Below, piece after piece: positions 44,367 through 54,698 of a stretch of DNA of 64,000 nt (the first letter of the stretch is position 1; every line of letters starts with the position of its first letter). Below the pieces are notes generated by a model. It searched no databases and was not told the DNA's origin. It saw only the letters and a list, made by a program, of their open reading frames with translations. Location: NCBI GenBank assembly GCA_963662655.2, contig CAXXTU010000002.1, forward strand, positions 928,001-992,000, read 5' to 3'. Source of the DNA: Candidatus Cloacimonadales bacterium. GTDB lineage: Bacteria > Cloacimonadota > Cloacimonadia > Cloacimonadales > JAIOQZ01. Both the position numbers and the translations under genes were made by a program.

Positions 44367-45352
44367 TTCCAGATTCCGTGAATCGTTGTGGCGCACTGCC
44401 GGCAGCGATTCCCGTCCATTCCGGCAACTTCCACATTGTAACCGCTACGAGCGATCAGCAAATTCCCGCAGGTGGGACAATACGTGTTCGTCCGTTTCTC
44501 GGATATCACATTCCCGAGATAAACATGGCTCAACTTTTTCTTCGCTATGGTAAAAGCCTTTTCAAGCGTAACCACCGGTGTCGGCGGATTTGTCATCTTG
44601 TAGGTAGGATAGTACCTGCTAAAGTGAAGCGGTATTTCCGGATCGACTCCGGCAACGAAGTCGACCAGGCGCTGAATCTCTTCCTCACTGTCATTCTCGT
44701 CGGTAATCAAGAGGTTCGTAACCTCGACCAGGCAGTGCTCGACGGCGGTCTTGATGGTATCGAGAACCGGTTGCAGGGTTCCTCCGCAGATATCTCTGTA
44801 GAAATGCTCCGTGATTGCCTTCAGATCGATATTCATCGCGTCGATGTATGGTAAAAGCTCACGCAGTGGTTCCTGATTGATGTAGCCATTGGAAACGAGT
44901 ATCGATTTATATCCTGCCTCGTGGAGCGCTTTGGATGCGTCCAGAATGAACTCAAACCAGGTTGTCGGCTCGGTATATGTAAAAGCGACCGCAGGGGAAT
45001 TCTCTCGCGAGCAGAGTGTTACCAGATCGTCCATCGTGAAGGAGTGCGCGTAGCATTCTCCCTGGCTGATACTGAAATTCTGGCAGAACGAGCACCGCAG
45101 ATTGCACGAATTATGCCCCACGGAAATGACCTTCGATGTAGGAAGCATGTGAAAAAGCGGCTTCTTCTCGATCGGATCGAGGCTGATGGAAACAGTCTTT
45201 CCATACGTCGCGGCGATCAGAGTTCCGTCCCGGTTGATCCTTGCTCTGCAAATTCCGGTTTTCCCCTCTTGAATGGTACATTCGTGAGGACACAGATGGC
45301 ATACGACGCTGCCATCCCCCATCTTTTTGTAATACATTGCTTCGTGCATCAT
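44363..45352 (-). CDS. amrS: AmmeMemoRadiSam system radical SAM enzyme
   Basis: CHLCPHEC, DPIEKKPLFH, CNLRCSFCQN, FTYTEP, NIDLK, PLHFSRYYP. Confidence 0.92.
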   Translation of the reverse strand: MMHEAMYYKKMGDGSVVCHLCPHECTIQEGKTGICRARINRDGTLIAATYGKTVSISLDPIEKKPLFHMLPTSKVISVGHNSCNLRCSFCQNFSISQGECYAHSFTMDDLVTLCSRENSPAVAFTYTEPTTWFEFILDASKALHEAGYKSILVSNGYINQEPLRELLPYIDAMNIDLKAITEHFYRDICGGTLQPVLDTIKTAVEHCLVEVTNLLITDENDSEEEIQRLVDFVAGVDPEIPLHFSRYYPTYKMTNPPTPVVTLEKAFTIAKKKLSHVYLGNVISEKRTNTYCPTCGNLLIARSGYNVEVAGMDGNRCRQCATTIHGIWK

Positions 45353-46581
45353 ACGACCTGCCTTTCTTCGTGAAGAGCTTCCTGAATCGCCTCGAAATTC
45401 CGTTGAAGACTCTGCGCATTTTGATCGAGCGTCATGCGCGCATCGAGACCCATTTGATTGCGCAGCGTATGGCCGGTAATAAACTGATCGAGAACGCTCA
45501 CCAACTGGCTTCCCGGAACGATGCGTATCGCACTGTTCTCCTGCAAGATTCGAACGGTGTCCGCGCACGAGGAGTGGTACGGCCCCATCACCACCGGTTT
45601 CCTGTAAAATGCCGGTTCCAGCGGATTGTGGCCGCCGAAATCGAAGAAGCTACCGCCCACGATCGCAATATCGCAAATCGCGTATGCCTTGTTCAGAATT
45701 CCCATGCTGTCGATGACAAGAATATCCGCTTTGCGCCCCTCGCTCAGCCTTGCCGCATCCAGCCCAGAGAAAGCCTCCATGGCCTCCCGCAAGCGATTCA
45801 AATGGCGTGGCGCGACAACGATCTTCAGATTGGGGTACTGCCTCACCAAGCTCTTGAATGCATTGGCAGTCAGCTCTTCCTCTCCGGGACGCGAGCTGCC
45901 GACGGCAACGATGAAATCGGATTGATCGAAACCCCATTCGCTTCGAATATCTTCTACATCGTAATCAGGTAAGTCGATCGCGAATTTGAGGTTCCCAGTG
46001 TTGTTAACGTGCTCGAATCCCAGCTCCAGGTAACGCGCGGCATCTGCCTCCGATTGAGCGCATACTATATTCACGTTCTCCCAAAGCGGTCTCCACAAAA
46101 TCGCCGTCTTGCTGTAGGGCTTCACCGATTTGTCCGTCAAGCGCCCATTGACGATGACGACCGGTATCCCGAACCACCCTGCAACGAGCAGAAGATTGGG
46201 CCACATCTCCGTTTCCGCGATGATCAGCGCTCGCGGTTTCACGATCATTACGAACCGCAGTAGCGATAGCATGTAATCGAAGGGGAATAGAATCGTCTTC
46301 GTCACACTCTTGATTCCGGAAGCGGTTTGCTGCCCGGTCGTTGTCACGGTCGAAACGACAAGCTGATAACCGGGAAGCTTTTCCTTCGAGTAGGCGATCA
46401 GCGCTTTGATCGCGTTGATCTCTCCCACGGACGAAGCATGAAACCATATAGCGTTCGGATAGTTCCTCAGCTTGGGGAACAACCGTGCTTTCTCCCCTTT
46501 GCGAATCCACCGTATCAAGGCAAGTGTCGGCACGGCAATCAAACTCACGATGTTATAAATCAACAGAATAATCCAATGCAT
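45349..46581 (-). CDS. waaA: 3-deoxy-D-manno-octulosonic acid transferase
   Basis: WFHASSVGE, ETEMWPN, VNGRL, TGNLKF, APRH, GGHNPLEPA. Confidence 0.93.
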   Translation of the reverse strand: MHWIILLIYNIVSLIAVPTLALIRWIRKGEKARLFPKLRNYPNAIWFHASSVGEINAIKALIAYSKEKLPGYQLVVSTVTTTGQQTASGIKSVTKTILFPFDYMLSLLRFVMIVKPRALIIAETEMWPNLLLVAGWFGIPVVIVNGRLTDKSVKPYSKTAILWRPLWENVNIVCAQSEADAARYLELGFEHVNNTGNLKFAIDLPDYDVEDIRSEWGFDQSDFIVAVGSSRPGEEELTANAFKSLVRQYPNLKIVVAPRHLNRLREAMEAFSGLDAARLSEGRKADILVIDSMGILNKAYAICDIAIVGGSFFDFGGHNPLEPAFYRKPVVMGPYHSSCADTVRILQENSAIRIVPGSQLVSVLDQFITGHTLRNQMGLDARMTLDQNAQSLQRNFEAIQEALHEERQVV

Positions 46582-46729
46582 CGAAACCTCAAATATTATC
46601 CATTTCGTTTTCCTGCAACCAGTTTTTGCGGGGAAACTCCCTGAAATGCTCTTTTATAAGGAAACACAGGAAGCAAATTCTTGACAAGATAAAATTTCAG
46701 AAAATTCTTTCTCAATAAAAGGAGAGGAT

Positions 46730-47146
46730 ATGCCGGTTGTACAATCACCCAGGATTCCAAGAAAGTTTCCGGTTCCCGTGTGGATGAAGCTCGTTTTGTT
46801 GCTGGCCGTGGTTCTTGGCCTCGTCATACGGAGCTATCTGCACAAGAACGATATCAAGAATATCCAGATATCCAATGTGATGATATCGGATTACACGAAG
46901 ATATCGGCGGATGTTACATTCGAGGTGGAAAACCTTGCGCGATACGCCTACAAGGATCAGGCAATCATGATTAAAATTTTCACCCACAATGGCGAGGAGA
47001 TCGCAAGCAGACTGGCAGCCGTGGATATCCAACCCAAGAAGAAACAGAGATTTTTAAAAGTACTCGATAAATTCGAACGTCCACTTCAGGACGACGAAGT
47101 ACCGGTGGCAGAGGTCACCCTCTATAAACCGGGATTATTGGATTAA
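46730..47146 (+). CDS. Membrane-anchored hypothetical protein
   Basis: AGGAGAGG RBS; one N-terminal TM; TTGACA at 46681. Confidence 0.7.
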   Translation: MPVVQSPRIPRKFPVPVWMKLVLLLAVVLGLVIRSYLHKNDIKNIQISNVMISDYTKISADVTFEVENLARYAYKDQAIMIKIFTHNGEEIASRLAAVDIQPKKKQRFLKVLDKFERPLQDDEVPVAEVTLYKPGLLD

Positions 47147-47148
47147 AG

Positions 47149-47439
47149 GTGGAAACAATGTACAAACTCCCAGACGAACATCTCGAAGAAGCAAAGAAAA
47201 TCGCGCTGGCAAATCGCAAGAAGAAAAGCTGTAGCCTATGCTACGACCGCGCCTACACCGGCGTGAACCAGGATAACTTCCTGATCCTCTGCCACAAGTG
47301 TGTGGATATGGAGAAGGCGCACGAAGCCTGGAAGGAATACGTTCGTGGCATTCCCGAGCTGAAGGCCGAGTTCGCCGAACTCTTCGAGGATGAGAAGCAG
47401 GAAGAAGCTCCTGCGGAAACCAAAGGTGACGCCGAGTAA
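47149..47439 (+). CDS. Small protein with two CxxC motifs (putative Zn-binding)
   Basis: CSLC and CHKC; 2 nt after the previous stop. Confidence 0.7.
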   Translation: METMYKLPDEHLEEAKKIALANRKKKSCSLCYDRAYTGVNQDNFLILCHKCVDMEKAHEAWKEYVRGIPELKAEFAELFEDEKQEEAPAETKGDAE

Positions 47440-47857
47440 CATATCGTTTCGCGACGACATTCTGCCCGGTCTCGAGCCTGTGCTCGCGCTCTACCGGGAC
47501 GCAGCCTGGACGGCCTATACAAGCCAGCCCCTACAGCTCCGGGCAGCGATCCGGGCATCGTCGTACGTGGCGAGCGCCTGGAACGGCGATGAGCTCGTCG
47601 GGCTTGCCCGTACGCTCTCGGATGAGACAACCATCATGTACTTGCAGGACATCCTGGTAAAGGGGTCTTTCCAGCGTCAGGGAATCGGGCGGAAGCTGCT
47701 GCAGATGTGCCTGGATCGCTACGCGCACGTCCGGCAATTTCTGCTACTCACGGATGATAGCCCCCAGCAGAAAGCGTTATACGAATCGATGGGATTCACC
47801 AATACGCAGGACTTCAAATCGGCAAACCTGAACTGCTTCGTCCGCTTCCGGAGTTAA
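47426..47857 (+). CDS. GNAT N-acetyltransferase
   Basis: YLQDILV...FQRQGIG, LYESMGF; start uncertain (GTG at 47426). Confidence 0.85.
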   Translation: MTPSNISFRDDILPGLEPVLALYRDAAWTAYTSQPLQLRAAIRASSYVASAWNGDELVGLARTLSDETTIMYLQDILVKGSFQRQGIGRKLLQMCLDRYAHVRQFLLLTDDSPQQKALYESMGFTNTQDFKSANLNCFVRFRS

Positions 47858-47888
47858 CGTTTGCTTCTTCCTGTATCCGTTTGGTGGA

Positions 47889-48698
47889 TTACATCGATTT
47901 CCTTGCCGTAAGGATGTACGACAGAGGCAGTTCGAGCTTTCCTTCGAGATCCTCCATCAGATTGCTGATATCGTGCGAGTATTCCTTGAACGATTGAATG
48001 GCAAGTCCATGTGTGGCGATCGGATTGATGATATCTGAAAGCTTGTGGACGAACTCGTATTTCACGCTTCCGTCGTACTCTTCCATGCCGTAGTAGTCCA
48101 ATCCATCGTTATAAACGAGCGGCTCATCCTTGAAGTAGGAATTCACGATCTCGGCAGGATGCTCCGGATCGAAATTCTGTTCGCCGGGCATGGCCAGCAT
48201 GTACATGAACGGATGACTCTCGTAAATGACCAGCCACCCATTGGGGGCAAGCAGGGATGCCGCGATCTCGAAGAAGCGGTTCATATCGGGCACCCAGCAC
48301 AACGCGCCGATGGATATGTAGATCAAGTCGAACGGCTCGTACCCGGCAGGATCGATGGCGAGAACAGCCGTGCGAACGAAGGTGCAACTAGCATCCGCAA
48401 TGTCTCTGAGCTCGTTCGCCTCATCGATGAACGCATCTGAGATATCGAAGCCTACGCCTTCCCGCGCACCCAAGTTAACCATCGAGATCACTTCCCGGCC
48501 GTTATTGCAGCACAATTGGCCCACGCGTTTACCAGCGAGGCCGATATCAAGTAAAACCGGCGTGATGATCTCATCCAGCGTCGAGAATCCTTTTTGCCTG
48601 AACAGCTCGGGAAGATCGTCCTTGCGATTCTTCTTGTGATAGGGCGCAACTTCGTTCCAGCCAATGCGATTCGCTTCTGTGTATTCTTTGTTCTTCAT
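47889..48698 (-). CDS. Class I SAM-dependent methyltransferase
   Basis: QLCCNNGRE, GFDIS, FDLIYISIGALCW, YESHP. Confidence 0.85.
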   Translation of the reverse strand: MKNKEYTEANRIGWNEVAPYHKKNRKDDLPELFRQKGFSTLDEIITPVLLDIGLAGKRVGQLCCNNGREVISMVNLGAREGVGFDISDAFIDEANELRDIADASCTFVRTAVLAIDPAGYEPFDLIYISIGALCWVPDMNRFFEIAASLLAPNGWLVIYESHPFMYMLAMPGEQNFDPEHPAEIVNSYFKDEPLVYNDGLDYYGMEEYDGSVKYEFVHKLSDIINPIATHGLAIQSFKEYSHDISNLMEDLEGKLELPLSYILTARKSM

Positions 48699-48755
48699 TT
48701 GATGCTCCTGATACGTGATTAACTATAGAGAGTTAGTAGGGCTTGCAACAATATC

Positions 48756-48790
48756 AAAAAAGGATCCGCCCAAAGCTGAGCGGATCCTTT
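48756..48790 (-). terminator. Intrinsic terminator after the PLP-enzyme gene
   Basis: aaaggatccgc/gcggatccttt stem with an A run on + (U tail on -). Confidence 0.75.
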
Positions 48791-48802
48791 CGAAAAAGTC
48801 TT

Positions 48803-50254
48803 TTAGAGAAGTCCCGTTCGCTTGTTGAACTCCTCGATCTTCTCGTCCCACTCTTCCACACGAGCGTACTGCGATGACCAGTAATCGTCGTCGAACCACT
48901 GGGCGTTGATCTCTTCGACCGTCTTGCCCTGCTGCTCGACCCAGGTGAAGTATTTTAGATTATGCATGCGCTTGCGATCGTAGTGCGAAAGCTCCTGCAT
49001 CCAATCGAGCGAAAGCCCCATCAGGCAGCGGTCGTAATCTACGTTTGCGTTGACCTCGGTGTATTCGCCGAACTTCTCGTGCTCTTGCCTGAGCCGGGAG
49101 CCGTACATCTCCATGCTATCCGTCGCGACGGTAAAGACCGCGTCGTTCTCGTTCATCTCGTAGTACTTCGCCATCTTGATCGCGCCGATGATGTTGGCGA
49201 TCGACGAGATTCCAAACACGTTCAGCTTGTTGATCAGCATCGGATCGATACCCTTTTGCTTGAGCAGGGCGTGTCCGTCCGGTTCGTTGAAGAGCCGCAT
49301 CAGCCGGATGGTGTCGTTGTCGTCCACATCAACTACCATGTCTGTGTTTTTCAGATTGTGGATCCACGGTACGTGCTTGTCGCCGATACCCTCGATGCGG
49401 TGTCCGCCGTAGCCGTTGTAGAGCAGCGTCGGGCACTGCATGGCTTCGCCTGCGCCGACTTTGATCGTCGGGAAGATGGTTTTGAGATAATCCGCGCTAC
49501 CGAGCGTTCCGGCGGAGCCCTGTGTCAGGAAGATTCCCGAGAATCTCGCCTTCGGGCCGCAATTCTGGTGGAATACTTCTTCCATCGCTCGTCCGGTGAC
49601 GTGATAATGCCACATGGAGTTGCCGATCTCTTCGAACTGGTTCAGCACCACGATTTCGTCGCCGCGCTCCTCTTTGAGCTGCTTGGTCTTGTCGTAGATT
49701 TCCTTCACGTTGCTTTCGCAGCCGGGGGTCTTGATCACCTCGGAGCCGACCTTGTGCAGCCATTCGAAGCGTTCTTCGGACATCTCTTCCGGCAGAACCG
49801 CGATCGAGTGACAGCCCAGAAGATAGGAATCGTACGCCCCGCCACGACAGTAGTTACCCGTGGATGGCCACAAAGCCTTCTGGGTAGTCGGATCGAAACG
49901 TCCGGTAACCAGCTTCTCCACCAACGGGCCGAATGTCGCGCCGACTTTGTGTGCGCCGGTCGGGAAATATTTACCTAACAGGATGAAGATGCGCGCTTTC
50001 ACGCCGGTAAGCTCCGTGGGAAGCTCGAGGTAGTTCACATCGCCGAATCCACCGCCGAACTTGATCGGCTCATTCTTCCAGGTAATGCGGAAGAGGTTGG
50101 TCGGATCCAGGTCCCAGAGACCGAGGTTCTTCAGCTTGCCTTTGATCTTGTCGGGGATCAGATCGGGATTGATCATCTGTTTATAAGTTGGGATCACGAT
50201 GCCTTTCTCGCGGCAACGTTCCACAGTGTTCTTGAGCACTTGTTCGTTATTCAT
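48803..50254 (-). CDS. PLP-dependent fold-type II enzyme (cysteine/threonine synthase-like)
   Basis: FPTGAHKVG (PLP Lys), PSTGNY, GSAGT, HRIEGIG. Confidence 0.85.
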   Translation of the reverse strand: MNNEQVLKNTVERCREKGIVIPTYKQMINPDLIPDKIKGKLKNLGLWDLDPTNLFRITWKNEPIKFGGGFGDVNYLELPTELTGVKARIFILLGKYFPTGAHKVGATFGPLVEKLVTGRFDPTTQKALWPSTGNYCRGGAYDSYLLGCHSIAVLPEEMSEERFEWLHKVGSEVIKTPGCESNVKEIYDKTKQLKEERGDEIVVLNQFEEIGNSMWHYHVTGRAMEEVFHQNCGPKARFSGIFLTQGSAGTLGSADYLKTIFPTIKVGAGEAMQCPTLLYNGYGGHRIEGIGDKHVPWIHNLKNTDMVVDVDDNDTIRLMRLFNEPDGHALLKQKGIDPMLINKLNVFGISSIANIIGAIKMAKYYEMNENDAVFTVATDSMEMYGSRLRQEHEKFGEYTEVNANVDYDRCLMGLSLDWMQELSHYDRKRMHNLKYFTWVEQQGKTVEEINAQWFDDDYWSSQYARVEEWDEKIEEFNKRTGLL

Positions 50255-50314
50255 ACTTCACTCCATATGCGATATTTTAAGCAACAGGCAATCTTGCAAA
50301 TACGGATTTCTTTG

Positions 50315-51826
50315 TCAATCTTCTTCGCTTTCGTTATCCTCGATCGACGGAAGATCCTCCGATTTCTCCAGGAGCTTTCCCTCCAGTTGCTTGGTGGTCT
50401 TGAGTCCCAGCTTCTTCAATCGCTCGGTTCTGCCCACCAGGTTGCCTTTGCCGGTGGAGAGCTTCTTCATCGCTTCGTCGTAGGCTTCCCGGGTCTTGCC
50501 GAGATGCTTCTCGATGTTCTGCAACTCTTCCACGAAGAGGACGAATTTATCGTATAGATTGGCTCCCTGCCTCGCGATCTCCTCGGCGTTGCGTGTCTGA
50601 TTTTCCTGTCTCCAGGTGTGCGCTACAGTGAGAAGCGTCGCGAGAAGCGTGCTCGGGCTCACAATCACGATCTTCTTCTTCAGCCCTTCATCGAATAAAC
50701 TGCTGTCCGGCTGGAAGATGTACGGCGAAACGCCTTCAATGGGTATGAACATGAGCACGTAGGCCGGCGAGTTGAGTCCCTTGAGCTGCTCGTAATGCTT
50801 CTCGTGCAGCTCGTTGATGTGCTTTTTAACTGAAATCTTCAAATCCTGCAAATGTTGCTCGCGTCTTTCGGAACCGTCCTCGGCTGTCAGTCGTTCGTAG
50901 GCGACCAGAGATACCTTGGAATCGACAATCATGTGCTTGTCGTCCGGAAGCTTGATCACGTAGTCCGGACGCTGTTGATTGCCTTCCTCGCCATGCAGCG
51001 CCATGCCCTTGCCCTGTGCTTCGTACTCGATGCCTTCCCGCAGACCGGAGCTTTCCAGGATGCGCTTGAGGATCACCTCTCCCCAATTGCCCATCACCTT
51101 CACGTCGCCCTTGAGCGCTTTTGTGAGGTTATGGGCTTCCTCGCTCATCTTGTTGTTGAGCTTCTGGAGGTTCTCGATCTGCTGAAGCAGCGTCGCGTTG
51201 CGGTCGATGGTCTGCTCGTTCACTTTCTCGATGCGCGTCTCGAATTTCGTGATATTCTCCCGGAGCGGCTTGAGTATCTCTTCCAGGCGCGTGTGATGCT
51301 GTTCGGTGAACTTGGTGCTCTTCTCTTCGAAGATACGATTCGCGAGGTTCTCGAACGTTTCCCTGAATTTCTCCTGCATCTGCCGGAGCTCTTCTTTCTG
51401 GGTCTCGAGCTTCTCGATAAGCGCTTTCTGCTCTGCCTCGAGTCCGTTGAAAGCAATTTGCTGCTTTTGCAGAGCGTCTTTCTCCGCATCCAGGGATTGC
51501 TCCAGCGTTCTCGCTCGCTCGCGCACACGCTCGATTTCCTGCAGGAGCATCTCGCGCTCTTTCTCTATCGCTGCGAGCTTCTGGGAGCGCTCGCCCGACT
51601 GGTCGCGCAGGTCGTCGACCTGCTGGACGAGTTGGACTTTTTCGGTCTTCAGGAGGCTGTTCTCAACTTCCAGCTTGCTTTTCTGATCCTGCAAGAGTTG
51701 AAATCGCTGCCGAAGGTCGCCGGAGTCTCCCCTGTCGCGCCTCAGCAGGAGCACGATCAGGACGACGATCCCCGCGAAGGGCAGAATGGAGACAAAAAAG
51801 GAGATGAACCAGCCCAGGCCGAACAT
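50315..51826 (-). CDS. rmuC: DNA recombination protein RmuC
   Basis: TM + coiled coil; GNWGEVIL..ILE.SGL, RPD, DSKVSL, MFIPIE, SPSTLL. Confidence 0.92.
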   Translation of the reverse strand: MFGLGWFISFFVSILPFAGIVVLIVLLLRRDRGDSGDLRQRFQLLQDQKSKLEVENSLLKTEKVQLVQQVDDLRDQSGERSQKLAAIEKEREMLLQEIERVRERARTLEQSLDAEKDALQKQQIAFNGLEAEQKALIEKLETQKEELRQMQEKFRETFENLANRIFEEKSTKFTEQHHTRLEEILKPLRENITKFETRIEKVNEQTIDRNATLLQQIENLQKLNNKMSEEAHNLTKALKGDVKVMGNWGEVILKRILESSGLREGIEYEAQGKGMALHGEEGNQQRPDYVIKLPDDKHMIVDSKVSLVAYERLTAEDGSERREQHLQDLKISVKKHINELHEKHYEQLKGLNSPAYVLMFIPIEGVSPYIFQPDSSLFDEGLKKKIVIVSPSTLLATLLTVAHTWRQENQTRNAEEIARQGANLYDKFVLFVEELQNIEKHLGKTREAYDEAMKKLSTGKGNLVGRTERLKKLGLKTTKQLEGKLLEKSEDLPSIEDNESEED

Positions 51827-52815
51827 CAGAACCTGCCTCCCATGACGAGCGCCATGAGGGCCTTCTGTGCGTGCAGGCGGTTCTCGGCTTCCTGGAACAC
51901 AACCGAGTGCGGTCCGTCGATCACCGAGTCGGTCACTTCACGACCGCGGTCGGCGGGTAGCGGATGCATATAGATCGAGCTCTTCTTCGTCAGGGACATA
52001 GCGCGGTCGTCGCACACCCAGTTCGGGTATTTCTCGATCAGCTCGAGGCCTTCCTTCTGATCCTCGGTGTGGATCAGCGGACCCCACGATTTCGGGATCA
52101 CGATGTCCGCATCGACGAACGCGTCGTCGAACTCGTTGGAAATCTCGAATTTCACGCCGGCTTCCTCCGCGTTCTTCCGGGCCTGCTCTTCGATCTCGGG
52201 CATGAGCTTGAATTCCTTCGGGTACGCAAGCGTCACGTCGATCCCGAAGCGAGGCATCATCAGGATGAGGCTCTGCGGTACGGAGAGCGGACGAATGTAG
52301 TTCGGCGCGCTGGTCCAGGCAACGCCGAGCTTGAGTCCGCGCGTGTTGTGACCGAATCGTTCGCGGATGGTCATGTAGTCGGCCAGTATCTGGCAGGGGT
52401 GATAGACGTCGCACTGCATGTTCAGCACCGGCACGCTCGCTTCCTTCGCCATCTCGGTGATGTATTTGTTACCGACCTTGTAGTCGCAGTGGCGGATGGC
52501 GATACCCTCGCCGTAGGAGGAGAGAACCTTCGCGGTGTCGCGGATGCTCTCGCCATGGGAAATCTGCGTCTTCTCCGGCGATAGGAAGATCGAGTGACCG
52601 CCAAGCTGGGTCATGCCCGTCTCAAACGAGTTCCGTGTACGGGTTGACGAGAAGAAGAAGAGCATGTAAAGCGTTTTATACATCAGAAGCGGGTGCGGTC
52701 TGCCCAGCGCGTGATCCTTCTTCAAATCCGCAGCCACTTCCAGAACGGTGTTCAATTCATCGACTGTCCAGTCTTGCGTTGTAATGAAGTCCTTGCCCTT
52801 CAAATTGGTAATCAT
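51826..52815 (-). CDS. Ornithine carbamoyltransferase-family enzyme (AOTCase/YgeW-like)
   Basis: SSTRT, HPCQ, PKSWG, HPLPADRG, QEAENRLH; lacks the ArgF DxWxSMG motif; GGAGG RBS before ATG 52815. Confidence 0.85.
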   Translation of the reverse strand: MITNLKGKDFITTQDWTVDELNTVLEVAADLKKDHALGRPHPLLMYKTLYMLFFFSSTRTRNSFETGMTQLGGHSIFLSPEKTQISHGESIRDTAKVLSSYGEGIAIRHCDYKVGNKYITEMAKEASVPVLNMQCDVYHPCQILADYMTIRERFGHNTRGLKLGVAWTSAPNYIRPLSVPQSLILMMPRFGIDVTLAYPKEFKLMPEIEEQARKNAEEAGVKFEISNEFDDAFVDADIVIPKSWGPLIHTEDQKEGLELIEKYPNWVCDDRAMSLTKKSSIYMHPLPADRGREVTDSVIDGPHSVVFQEAENRLHAQKALMALVMGGRF

Positions 52816-53048
52816 AGGTACCTCCAATTGTTATCCTTTTTTTGTTAACAAGCAAGAGTGTCGCGTTTCAGTCAAGAGAATATTTTGCGCTCTATAATTC
52901 GCGGCTCTCATCATAGAAATATCTTTACATTACCTACCGATACAGCTTTTCTTGCAGAGCTTAAAAGAGTGATTCAAACGATTTGACACAGGTGATGTGA
53001 ATTAACGAGATATGTCATAATTCATACAAGCCATGAAAGTAGGTACGA

Positions 53049-54608
53049 ATGTTAACTGAAACCGAGTCTCTCAATACTGAAGAAATAAAACCTAAAAACG
53101 TCCTGGAGCTGAATCATATAGGAGCTAAAGACTTTTTCCTCAAAGCTGATAGCTACTTTAGAAGTGAACTACCTCCTTATATTGACTTCTCCATAATGCT
53201 CAATAAAGTTAATGAAAATTTTCCTTGCCCAAACATGAACCCTAATAGAAAAATAATCGAATATGTGAATCATACAATTTTCACAAACAAAGATGGACTA
53301 TATGCATGGCGTCCCTTAACACTTATACATCCGTATCTTTATGTAAAAATGATCAATGATATGTGTAAGGAGTCGAACTGGAAAACGATCCAACAACGAT
53401 TCAAATACCTGAAACAAAACAGTTGCATTAGCTGCCACAGTATCCCTGTTATATCCACTAAGCGAAAAAATCAAGCTGAGCAGATTCTTCATTGATGGCA
53501 AAAAATTGAGCAACAATCTATTGAACTTTCCTTGGAATACGAATATATGTTCGAGACGGATATCACAGATTGCTATGGTTCAATTTATACGCATTCATTG
53601 GCATGGGCTCTTCATGAAAAAGAAGTAGTAAAACAAAACAGGAGCCTCGAACTTATTGGCAATCAGATTGATAGAAATCTATGCCAGATCAATTGCATGC
53701 AGACCAATGGTATTCCTCAAGGATCTGTTTTAATGGATATAATTGCTGAACTATTACTCCTTTATGCGGATATGAAAATTAGTTCAGCCATAACCATCAC
53801 CATCCCAACTTCAAATTTCAAAATACTCAGATATCGCGATGATTACCGTGTATTCGTCAATAGCCCCATAGAAGGACGCTCGATCATCAAAACCATATCT
53901 GATGTTCTTGCATCGTTAGGCTTACATTTAAGCACAAGAAAAACGAAATTCACAGATGAGATCATTACAAATTCAATCAAATCAGGTAAGTTAGACTGGC
54001 TTGCTACCAGGAATTGCTATCGCCTTGAAAGCCTTGAGAAAAACCTGCTCATAATACATAAGCATGCCTCGCTGTATCCAAACTCTGGAAGCTTGATGAA
54101 ACCCTTGAAAGATTTCCGAAATCGAATAGAGAACAAGACAAATTTTACGTCACGGGATGCATTAATAAGCATTGTTACGGATATAGCAAGGAGAAATCCT
54201 CGAACACATCCAGAATGTATGTCTATAATAAGCGCAATATTGTACCCCGATATAACTCACCAGGATCGCAAGGGATTGATTGAAAAAATATGGAAAAGAT
54301 TAAAAGAAGTCCCCAATATTGGATATCTTGAAATATGGCTTCAGAGAATACTTGAACCCTTGAAATGTAAGAAGAAAAGCTATGGTGATCACAATATTGA
54401 CATCAAGCTAAATGAGAAGATTTGCGAAGCGGTGATTGATCCAAATTGTCCAGAAAATATTTGGGACAATGAATTTCTCGAGAATAAAACGATAGCCAGC
54501 ATGATAAACATTCAGGAGTGCATCAATAGAGAAACAATCAAACAACTTGATCCCAAGATTGAGATTGAAGAAACGGAGCTCTTTGCTAGCACACTTCAGT
54601 ATATATAG
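53049..54608 (+). pseudogene. Abi-type (Abi-P2-like) reverse transcriptase, 519 codons, interrupted by one in-frame TGA at 53493-53495
   Basis: ORFs 53049-53495 and 53532-54608 are in the same frame; motifs NKDGLYAWRP, TDITDCYGSIYTH, GIPQGS, RYRDDY, helical C-terminus; visibly AT-rich relative to the flanks. Confidence 0.85.
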
Positions 54609-54698
54609 TTCCGGCAGATGTTGAAGAAAATCCTTGCATCGAACATCAAATATTGCGATACTGGGATTACTTGATTCGATTGAATGAGGAGAGTAAGA

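Noticed and set aside
52830..53048. Retron msr-msd or other RT-template ncRNA upstream of the RT
   Set aside because: Only short AT-rich hairpins and no convincing a1/a2 inverted repeat; the RT has YRDD and no retron VTG motif
53493..53495. Selenocysteine codon or genome-wide TGA=Trp recoding
   Set aside because: The position appears to correspond to Trp rather than Cys, no clear SECIS-like stem follows, and many genes in the window end at TGA
53049..54608. Group II intron or DGR reverse transcriptase
   Set aside because: No YADD/maturase domain, no intron domain V/VI, no TR/VR repeat pair or avd gene seen
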